The notes under the pieces: generated by a model
Told to the model about the DNA's origin: nothing
The model's input: only the letters and a program-made list of their open reading frames with translations
The model's database searches: none
Position numbers and translations under genes: made by a program
Part shown: piece by piece, positions 55,105-64,000 of the stretch
How positions within the stretch are numbered: position 1 is the stretch's first letter
Layout of the letters: each line of letters opens with the position of its first letter
Assembly (NCBI GenBank): GCA_965240325.2
Contig: OZ251230.1
Span: forward strand, 1,550,001-1,614,000
DNA from: Rebecca billardiae RCC1528
Taxonomy: Eukaryota; Protista; Haptophyta
Length of the DNA stretch: 64,000 bases
Direction of reading: 5' to 3'

Positions 55105-56983
55105 CCAGGTCAGAAGAGATGGTGGCAGTCAGCTATACCTGCCCCTCTTTGCCCGCGCCAGAAACAGCCCCTGCGGCGCTCCCTCGCCCTGCGCGCGCGT
55201 CGCGCGCGCGCGCGGGGCCGCGGGGCGCCGTTCTGAGCACGCGCGTGTCTGGCGGTTGCGGAAATCGCAACGCGGCCGTATCCGGCCCGGTGGCCCGGGC
55301 GCGCGCGATGGCTCTTGGGGTCATACGCACGGCCCCCACGCGCGGCGCCCGCCTGGCCGCCCTCGGCCGTGCCACGCGCGCGCGACCCCGCGAGGGTGCG
55401 CGGCCGCCCCGCGCGCGCACGCCACACGCGCGAGCGGGCGGGCGGGCGAGGGAGTGCAGCTGCTTGGCCGCGGAGGCGCGGAGCAGGGCCACACACGACC
55501 GGTGCGTGCAGGCGCGCACCTCGCCGCCGCCTCCTCGCTCGCGCCGCGGCGCCGCGCCGCCCTCCGCCGAGGGGCGTCGGCTGCGGGGCCGCATCCCGGC
55601 CGACGCCATCGCGAGGCTCAGATCTCGCGAAGCGTGCACTTGACCCGGACTGGGAGGGGATCTCCCTTGACACGAACGGGCAACGCCACGGCGGGCACTC
55701 CACCCGCTCCCGGACTCGACCGATGGCTGTCGCCGTGCAGCCCGTCCCGCCGTCCGGAGGGGGTGTCCATCGCCACCTCGCCGTCGGGCGCCCGGGCCGG
55801 CGCCGCCATGGCGGGCGCGTGGCGCCCGCCCAAAATGGGTAGGTCGTGGACGTGAGCTTACGTCCACCAAATATACCAGCTTGGAAGCCCGAAACGTCGC
55901 AAAATGGCGAGATGTGCGCTCTCTTCCACGCCGCGCTGACCATTGCGATCTGGCCTCTGGGCAGCCATTGCGGCCGCCACGGCGTCGAACGCCACGGGGA
56001 GCCTCATAGCTGGTCTGAGTCGCGTGCACATACACCTGTCATAGCGCACGCGTGCAGCAGTCCGCGCTGAACAGACCGCATCGCGCGCGCGCGTCTCGTG
56101 CTCGCACACAAGCCTCGGACGCGACTGCGTCCGATTGGTCTTGGTCGTGGCACAGGGCGGCGAGAAAGCATGGCGTGAGAGTCGTCCTACGTCCACGTTT
56201 TCTCGCGCGCGGGTGGCGGTGCGTCTCCCCGCGGACGCATGCGTAGGCAGCGACTGTGAGTACTGTCACTGTCAGTCAGCTGCGCTGGTCGCCTGGCCCG
56301 TGAGAGCCACTAGCCAGTGCGTGCACTGCAGCTTCACCTAGCGGCCTGATAGTGGGTCATCATCTGCCCCAGGCAGCAGATGACTTATTAGTTATTGGAA
56401 TATACATATTTAACGATGATTATTGTCATTGGAATATACATATTTAGCAATACATATTATTTTTAAACGACGTGGCATGCAACTCAGGCAGGCGTCAGGC
56501 GTGAGCCTCGGGGTGCAGCGTGCAGACACTGTGAGACACAAGCATATTGAAAGAATAATGCGTCCGCGCCTGCTTCCGACCAGGTCAGGCAGTACGCCAC
56601 CCGCAGCCCTGCCCCCCTGCGGGAGTCGCCGGGGCTGGGATGGAGCACCGCCTCGGCCTGGGGCACGAGGCCGGGAGGCGAATAGTCTTTTGCCCCGCAC
56701 GGCCACGGAGCAAAACCCCATGCCCGAACCGGGGGCGCCCCCCGGCCCCCGGGAACGCCTTGGGTAATTAATTGGCCGCAAGGGAGATATCGATATTTGC
56801 CGTAAACAGCTACAATCATGCAGCAGTTTCTAAGAATTTTATAAGAGACGCACACTCTCTAGCGGCAGGGCTAGCAGGCGCAAATCAGTCGTGAATCTCC
56901 GTTGTCATTGGCCGCCGCGGCCGCCCGGGGGCGCGAGCACGCGCACTTCGCGGCTCGCGCAGTCGTCCTTCGCGGTGATCATC

Positions 56984-58660
56984 ATGTCGTCGTCATTGCG
57001 TGACGTGAACGAGCACGTGTGGCTCGCGCTGGAGCTGGTGAAGAGCCTGCCGGGGGACAATCATCTCGAGCTCAAGGTCAAGATCGTCGGCGAAGTCCTG
57101 GCCCAGACCAAGATGCTCATGCTCTCGACCTCGGACCTGTCCACGCGGCTCAAGGCAGGCAAGCTGCTCGTTAAACTAAGGTTTGAGAGGTTTGACGCGG
57201 AGACCCGCCTGGAGGCGGCGCAGGCGGAAGTCGACGCGCTGCTGAGGCAGCAGCCAGGCGAGGACACGGCCGGCATGCAGAACGAGGCCCCGCTGGTCGA
57301 CCTGGATTCAGCTGATGCCACCCGCGTCTCGACCGCACCGCTCGACCGCGCGCGGCGCGGCGCATCGCAGGCGGATGCTGCGGTCGGGCCGACGGCGCCA
57401 CCCGCCGCGGGTGACACCTCGCCCGCATGGCTCGACGGCGACGCTCGTGGCGACGGGCTACTTCGCACTACGGCCAGGGTGCAAGCCGTCGACCCCAGCC
57501 CAGTCGCGCCCTCTCACGTCCCGCCCACACCGCCCGAGCGCGCGGCGCGCGCCGCTGAGCAGCAGCCGCGCGCCGACGCCCAGGGCGCGCCGGCGGCGCG
57601 GACGGGCAACGCGCAGGCGGCACAGAGCGCTGGCTCGCCGCAGAAGCGTGCGCGGGAAGATGAGCAGCAGCCGCGCGCCGACGCCCAGGGCGCGCCGGCG
57701 GCGCCGGCGGGCAAGGCGGCACAGAGCGCGGGCTCGCCGCAGAAGCGCGCGCGGCACGCGGCGGCACAGCGCGCGGGCCCGCCGCAGCCGCCGCAGAGGC
57801 GTGCGCGGGGAGAGTTCATGCGGCTGATGGAGGACACCGTCAAAATCATCCCCGAGAACCATCTCCCGGCAGCCTTTGAAAGGTTGTGCGATCGCGTCGC
57901 CGCCGCCGGCACGAGCGCGGCCAAGCCCACGGGCAAGCAGGCGGCAGAGCTGCTGCATAGCGCGATCCAGCGCGAGTCGACGCAAGAGGTAAAGGGGCTG
58001 ACGCAGAGAGTGCTGGACTTTCTGCGCTTCTGCCAGTGCGATCCCGCCACATTCCTCAACTACGAGTTCAAGCAGTTCCCGCACTTGGGTACGGCGCTCA
58101 TTTGGGCGATCGACTGCAACGAGGGCGAGTACGTGGGCGCCGTGGCCGCGCTGCTCCGTTGCTCAGCAGTGGACGTGAATCACGCGATGTGCAACGAGGA
58201 GACGGCGCTCACAAGGGCCGCGCACTGGGGCCGCGTCGCCACGGTGCGCGCGCTGCTCGCGGCCGGCGCGGACCCGAACGTGCAGCACCGTCATGGCCTC
58301 AGCGCGCTCCATTGGGCGTGCGCGTGGCCGTGGCCGGATAGCTCCCCCGAGAGGGACGACGCGCAGCGGCTGGAGGTGGTCAAGGCGCTGCTGGAGTATG
58401 GCGCGGACCTCTCGAAGAAGACGAACGGGGGAAAATCTAAGCTGTCTCCCGGCATCCTGCCGCGTGGCCATCAAGGTAAGGGAGAGCACCGGGCACTCAC
58501 GCCGGCCGAGATTGCCGGGATGTACGCCATGGCCGGGCGCAAAGTGCACAAGGCTATCGCCCACCATCTCAAAGTCAAACTCGCGGAGGAGTCTCAGTCA
58601 CTCGGGAGTCCAGCAGCGCGGACGTCGGAGTGTAAGACCAGGGATCGCAACGATCGATAA
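56984..58660 (+). CDS. Ankyrin-repeat protein
   Basis: GTALIWAI...VDVN, EETALTRAAHWGRVATVRALLAAGADPN, GLSALHWAC...VVKALLEYGADL, LTPAEIA. Internal ~33-aa duplication (EQQPRADAQGAPAA...AQSAGSPQKRAR). Confidence 0.88.
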   Translation: MSSSLRDVNEHVWLALELVKSLPGDNHLELKVKIVGEVLAQTKMLMLSTSDLSTRLKAGKLLVKLRFERFDAETRLEAAQAEVDALLRQQPGEDTAGMQNEAPLVDLDSADATRVSTAPLDRARRGASQADAAVGPTAPPAAGDTSPAWLDGDARGDGLLRTTARVQAVDPSPVAPSHVPPTPPERAARAAEQQPRADAQGAPAARTGNAQAAQSAGSPQKRAREDEQQPRADAQGAPAAPAGKAAQSAGSPQKRARHAAAQRAGPPQPPQRRARGEFMRLMEDTVKIIPENHLPAAFERLCDRVAAAGTSAAKPTGKQAAELLHSAIQRESTQEVKGLTQRVLDFLRFCQCDPATFLNYEFKQFPHLGTALIWAIDCNEGEYVGAVAALLRCSAVDVNHAMCNEETALTRAAHWGRVATVRALLAAGADPNVQHRHGLSALHWACAWPWPDSSPERDDAQRLEVVKALLEYGADLSKKTNGGKSKLSPGILPRGHQGKGEHRALTPAEIAGMYAMAGRKVHKAIAHHLKVKLAEESQSLGSPAARTSECKTRDRNDR

Positions 58661-58980
58661 GCAGCTGCGGTGGCGTCGAGCACTGTAAAGTGTAATTACT
58701 AGTCAGCATCCGATCATCAGCGCAGCACTGAATCTGATGAGTGATGCTGTATGAAGTGTACTGTTTATTATAATATGATCGGCTACGCCGATCTTCGGGT
58801 AGTAAACAACGAAGTTGAGGGCGCACGGCCCTGGTAGTTGTGAGTCTAGTAGTTGTCGTGCGCATTCTTCACCGCCGAATCACGATGCGCGCGCCCCGGG
58901 CGCGTCGCCGTGCAGGAGGCGCGGGCGCGAGTAATCGACGCGATCGACGGCCTCGGGGGGCTGCGCCGTGTCGCGGCTCT

Positions 58981-60285
58981 TCATTCAGTCTTCACGCAGC
59001 CGGCGTGCCCCTCGAGCGCGCGCACGCACTCTGACTCGGCGGTGTCCCACGCCCACAGCCGCACGACCGCGTCGCTGTCGTCGCCCGCGCTCGCCGCGAC
59101 GCGCCCGTCGGCCGAGAGTGCGACCGCCTCCACCCAGCCGGCGTGCGCTAGCAGCACAGCCTCGCACGGCCCGCGCGCGGCGAGCAGGGGCGCTCGCGCG
59201 CAGTGCTCGCGCCCGCGCGCCCAGCTGGCGCGGGCGGCCGGGTGCGCGGCGCGCGGCGCGCGCCGCGCCCACGCGGTCGCGGACTCGTGCGGCGCCGAGC
59301 CAACCGGCTGCTCGAGGCACAGCGCGAGGCAGCGGCCCGGCGCCGTGGCGGCGGCGGACGCGCTCAGCCGCGCGAGCTGCAGCCAGTCCGCGACGCGCGC
59401 GCGCAGCGCCGCAGCCTCCGCGCGCGCGGCCGCGCCCGGCTCGCCGCCGCCGCCGCCGCGCGCGTCGGCGTCGGCGAGCGCCGCGGCCGTGTCCGCGTGG
59501 TCGCGCACGTACTCGGTCTCGAGGCCGTGCCGCGCGCGCGCCTCCCACCCGTCCGCGCCCGCGTCAGTGAGCTCGCGCGCCGCGTCGGCCGCGCGCCCGG
59601 CCGCGAGCAGCGCTTGCACTAGCTCCTCGCACCGGCGCACATTGAGCACGGCGGCGTCGCGGCCGGCGAAGGCCGAGGCGCGCGGCGGAGAGGAGCAGGG
59701 GCTGCGGCGCGACGCGCCGCCGCCCGTCCTCGCCGCCGGTGGCCTTCGGGTGGCGCAGCGGTTTGGCGGCCTCGCCCGCCCACGTGCCAGCCCAGAAATC
59801 TGCGAGCGCGTGCGCGTCGGCCGCGCGGGCGTACCGTGCCGCCGCCGCCTCGGCCACCTGATGAGGCGGTGGTACCAGCGCAAACAAAGGGCCGTCGCCG
59901 CCGGCGGCGAGCAGCGAGCCGAGCGCGTCGCGCACGGCAAGCCACACGGGCAGCCGCACCACCGCCGGCACCCAGAACTCGAACACGGACGCCAGCACGT
60001 CCTCGTGCAGAGAGAGCGAGCCTCCTCCAGCTCGGCACTCGAGAGGCCGCGGCGCGACGCGCAGATGGCGCCGCACGCGCGCCGCACGAGCATCGCGCCG
60101 TGCAGCCGCTCGACGCGCTCGAAGGTGGCGGCGACGGCGGCGCGCGCGTCGGCGGGCAGGTGCGCGGGCGGCGGCTCGCCCGAGCGCCACTCCGCCGCCG
60201 CGTCGGCGAGCAGCACGGCGTGCAGCGCGCTCGGCGCCTCTCCGAGTGCCGAGCGCACCGCCTCGGCCTGCCGCGCGTCGCACCT
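58981..60285 (-). pseudogene. NACHT/WD40 (NWD1/NWD2-like) gene remnant, truncated and frameshifted
   Basis: ERVERLHGAMLVRRACGAICASRRGLSSAELEE, LSLHEDVLASVFEFWVPAVVRLP, WYHR, LNVRRCEEL, and a WD40 repeat HAGWVEAVALSADGRVAASAGDD..VRLW. These motifs are split over two frames. Confidence 0.7.
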
Positions 60286-61343
60286 GGGTATTTTTCGACA
60301 ACTCTTGTCCCTAAGTGCGGTAGCTCAAAAATGGCGTTTCGCTTCAAAGAATAATCGAATATACCAGCACCCTATGGGAGTTGAAAGAGATCGTACCTGT
60401 GCAAATACAAGAATTGATTGCCACCCGCATTGACGTCGCGCATCCGAGTAAGCTAGAGTGACCAAGAGTATATCACTCAATGAGTCAATATCAGCGTGCA
60501 GCGGGAACGCCGGTTCGGGCTACCCGCGCAATGACATCTCGCGTGTATGAATCAAGGGTAATCAAGGGGCTTAAACCCGCCACTGAGAAGCTGACGGTTC
60601 ATGACTTCATATGCCGGCATAATACTTTAATTCAAGCGACATAAAAGCCGACCCAACTTCTCTTTTCTATGGTTGGCAAGCTGTTTCAGGCTCTTACAAT
60701 TCAGGCATCTTACTATGACGGAATGTTCGAACACACGGCTGGTGTTATGTGCTATTCCACCCTGCATTCCCCTAAGTGTTACTATCGTTAAAATTAGCAT
60801 CTACTACAAACGCAATCATTGGCAGCGATATCCATGCTCATACGCTAGGCCACCTACCGAAAAAAACCCCAAATCCTGCGCGCATCCTCTTTTATTTGAT
60901 TTTGCGGAGCACGTGCGCCGCCCCCCCCGGCTTTCGCTCACGCTCAGACCTTTCGGGGGGGCCGTGCGCCATAATAATTTTCGTCATATTTATACATCAA
61001 TAATATACATATTAACGACGTGGTATGCAACGGGCAGGCGTCAGAGTCAGCAAGCTGTAGCAGCAGATCGAACAGCAGCGACAAACACCAGGATCAGCGC
61101 TCCTCGCCGTCGTCCCCCCCCCTCGTAGTCGCCCATCACTCCATCGCCGAGCGGAAGCTCGACGCACCGTCTGGCGTCGACGCGCGCGCGCCACCGCGGT
61201 TGTCGCGGTGCCACGCGTCGTCACTGTCAGCCGACAGCCATCGTCTCGAAGTACAGTAGTCGTCGTATGCAGCGCCCCCGCGGGCGCGTGCCCCCGGGCG
61301 CACGTGCGCCATGCGCGCGCGGACGATGAGCATCTTGGCCTGG

Positions 61344-61468
61344 CCACGCAGGCAGCGCATGCCCAGCTCGCGCCGCATGATGATTGATGCCGAGCAGCGC
61401 GCGCTCCACGCAGGCAGCGCATGCCCAGCTCGCGCCGCATGATGATTGATGCCGAGCAGCGCGCGCTC
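61344..61468 (+). repeat. 62-bp tandem duplication
   Basis: cacgcaggcagcgcatgcccagctcgcgccgcatgatgattgatgccgagcagcgcgcgctc occurs twice. Confidence 0.95.
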
Positions 61469-61792
61469 GGCGGCGGGGCGCGAGGGCGCGCTGAGGCGCG
61501 CGCGCCACGTGTTCCGCCTCATCTGCTTGGCATATATCATATATGACCGCGTTCCGCGGTCCTTTTCTGCATAGAATCAACGCAGTTGGGGGCCCGCGGT
61601 GGCCGTGCAATCGCGGCTCTCCGCCGTAGTGGCAGTTCGCCAGTTGAAGTCGGTTCTGAGATGACTGAAGCTATTAGTCCGACCGTCGCCCTGCCTGCGC
61701 GACCGCGAGACTCATTCACACTTCACACAATCACAGCAGCGGACCTGAGACCGCACCCGGCACCGGTCGTCAAATCGGACGTCCGTCTGACA

Positions 61793-61940
61793 ACTAGCTG
61801 CCAAATGTCCAAATGGCTGATCAGCTCGGATCCGACCCGTCCGCGATCGTGCCATCGGCATCGGAATTACTACTAGTAGCTGCCAAACTGTGTCCAACTC
61901 TGGCTGATCAGCTCGGATCCGACCCGTCCGCGATCGTGCC
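61793..61940 (+). repeat. ~85-bp-period duplication with an identical 40-bp core
   Basis: tggctgatcagctcggatccgacccgtccgcgatcgtgcc at 61814 and 61901. Confidence 0.9.
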
Positions 61941-63214
61941 GAGTGAGTCGTGCCGCGGAGCTCGGAGTACTGAAGGAGTCGGGTGTGACAGCAGGGTGCT
62001 TTAGCGCTGCGGCCCGTGCCAGCCAACGACCAGACGTACTCTGGCCACTTGACCCGTTGCACGGGTGAGTGACCGTACGCCCTGCCTAGTGCCTACCGCG
62101 CGCGCCGCGCGACCGGCGACTCGGGGTGATGGAGAGCGGATGGCGACAGCAGCAGCAGTCCTCATGAAGACGATGAAACTGGCGGCACGGGTGCACGAGG
62201 TGGCAGGCGAAAGCGCGCCGACGAGACCGCATTTGACACACCTGAGCCGCACGCGCGTGCCGTCGCCGAGCGGCGAGCGCTGCAAACGCGCAACCGTACC
62301 GCGCGCGCCACGACGGCGCGGCACTAGCTGATGCAGGCCGTACTGCCGGCACTGCTTCTGCGATCATGCGCCACGGTCGCAGCTGACTGCGTGAGCAGCA
62401 AGCGGGAGGCGGGTCCGGAGGCACGTGCAGGCGCCGTCCCGCATATCCGCCATCGCCCATCGTGCCGGGGCACGTCACCTCCGACGATCCGGATGTGGCC
62501 CAGTCCGGACGTCACGCGATCCGGGAAGACGAGTACGATTCGCTCGTAACGAACCGTTACACTAAAGTCACGGCCAGGCTCACGTCCCGTCCATCGATTA
62601 CTTATGGAATCAGCTGGGCGCGCTCTTTTTCGGCCTAATAGACCTCTCTATGCGATCTCAAAAACTCGAAACTCGGTCTCCGCCAGCCCTAAAAATCGCC
62701 CCCCGTCCCTTTTTTTCCGCCGCCCCCCGTCCCTTTTTTCTTGATCAAAGATCTTTTTGAAACGTGGTTCGGGCCCGCTGGTGCGGGCTCCACGCTGCGC
62801 GCTCCGCCCTGCACCGCGGGCCATTAATTGACTGAATAAATTCCAATAATCACGACTAGTAAATCTGAAAATCAGGAACGCCGAACGGGGCCGGGCAGCC
62901 CGGGCACTGCAGCCTGAGACGGCAGCGAACTCTGGCGCCAAGTAAATAGTACTGATATAAGCTACCCTGAGCGGTACCTAGCAGCAGTTCTGATCGACTT
63001 ATAGACTGAGCGCGGCCGCCGCCGGGAGGCCGTGACGCGCGCGCAACGGTGTGAGTGTCACGCGCAACGCTCGGCTGGCAGTCTCCCTAGTCCGACCCCA
63101 AGCGGACCGCGATGGACCCGCCGTGCTGCGGCTGCTGCGCGATGCGGCGATGCGGTGTGCACGGTGTGGGCGCGAGTGCGAAGTCCGCAGTGCCGCCGCG
63201 GCGCGCCCACGACC

Positions 63215-64000
63215 TCACGGGTGCGGCGGCGGCGGGAAGGGCCAGCGGCCCGCGCCGCCCGGCGGCGGCGCGCCCGACTGCCCCGGCGGCATGGGCCCGC
63301 CGTGCATGCCCGGCATCATCCCGCCCGCGCCCGGCCCGCCGCCCATGCCCATCATCCCGGGGAAGCTACCCATGCCCTGCGGCGCGCCGTACGGCAGCTG
63401 GCCGGGCGCGCCGCGCCCCGGCTGCGCCGCCCACGGCATCTGGCCCGGCGCTCCGTACGGCTGCAGCATGGGCGCGCACGCGTTCGGAGGCATGTGTTGC
63501 GCGCTGGGCATGGCGCCGCCCATGCCGGGCTGCTGCGGCTGCGGCTGCGGCGCGCGCGCTTGCTGGCTCTGCTGCGGCTGCGCCGCGCCGCCGCCCGCGT
63601 ACGCACCGCCCGCGTCCGCGCCCGCCCCCGCGCCGCCGCCTCCGCCGCGCATCGCCGCAGACACCATCTCGGCCGCGCGCTCGACCGCGTCCGCGCCGCC
63701 TGTCAGGGTGATGGTCCGCATCGCGCCAAAACCGTCCACCTGCGCGCTCTCGCGCGAGATTGCAATCTTGGCGCCGGCGCGCTCCTCGAGCGAGCGGATG
63801 AGCGCGCCGCCCGCGGCGAGCAGGCCGGCGGTCATCGCGGAGGGGACGCTCATCGTGTGCGCGCGCTCTTCGGCGCCCGCGCCCGCGCGCGCGCGCCGCG
63901 CGCCCCCGCCGCGCCGCGCCGCGCCGCCCGCCTCGTCAGCTGAGGACTCGGAGTCGGACGAAGGCGAGCGCTCGCGCCGGCGCCGCGCGCCGCGGCCGCG
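63215..64000 (-). CDS. 3' end of a KH-domain protein with a Pro/Gly/Met-rich tail (5' end outside the window)
   Basis: Frame open from 64000. KH fold MSVPSAMTAGLLAAGGALIRSLEERAGAKIAIS...RTITLTGGADAVERAAEMV; RS-like RRRRERSPSSDSES upstream. Confidence 0.8.
   Translation of the reverse strand, partial: RGRGARRRRERSPSSDSESSADEAGGAARRGGGARRARAGAGAEERAHTMSVPSAMTAGLLAAGGALIRSLEERAGAKIAISRESAQVDGFGAMRTITLTGGADAVERAAEMVSAAMRGGGGGAGAGADAGGAYAGGGAAQPQQSQQARAPQPQPQQPGMGGAMPSAQHMPPNACAPMLQPYGAPGQMPWAAQPGRGAPGQLPYGAPQGMGSFPGMMGMGGGPGAGGMMPGMHGGPMPPGQSGAPPPGGAGRWPFPPPPHP

Larger units (their letters stand above)
51463..55652. mobile_element. 4.2-kb element bounded by 548-bp inverted repeats (51463-52010 and 55105-55652); non-autonomous TIR element or inverted duplication
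   Basis: The arms are reverse complements with about 5 visible substitutions. Termini are CAGT...ACTG and GGA lies immediately outside both ends. No transposase was seen. Confidence 0.55.

Noticed and set aside
60286-60870. MITE with TIRs gggtatttttcg / cgaaaaaaaccc
   Set aside because: The match is only 12 bp, low-complexity and imperfect, there is no TSD, and the AT-rich block extends beyond it.

Overview
GC-rich, intron-containing eukaryotic DNA. The GTGCGC...CGCAG introns, CG-rich codons and a signal-peptide-led, probably plastid-targeted helicase fit a secondary-plastid alga such as a Pavlovales haptophyte; the organism is inferred, not shown. 1-25.4 kb is a compact run of single-copy genes, often head-to-head: a SAP/BACK/U-box protein, SKA3, a VDAC-like porin, a mitochondrial carrier, a GT47 exostosin, a C2 protein, an ISE2/SKI2-like helicase, a Gly-rich membrane protein and a GDPD. 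The main feature is a 21.7-kb tandem array (27127-48790) of nine 2.2-2.8-kb units. Each unit has a decayed antisense sulfotransferase fragment and an intact gene of 7-12 near-identical 38-aa C-x4-C-x16-C-x2-H (EsV-1-7-type) repeats, followed by a basic and usually acidic tail. The 80 repeats keep every Cys/His and the reading frame, but vary strongly at a few fixed positions and are shuffled between units. This looks like a TALE/PRDM9-style modular recognition array. To its right are a membrane coiled-coil gene, a 4.2-kb element bounded by 548-bp inverted repeats, an ankyrin gene, a frameshifted NACHT-WD40 (NWD-like) remnant, short tandem duplications and the 3' end of a KH-domain gene.
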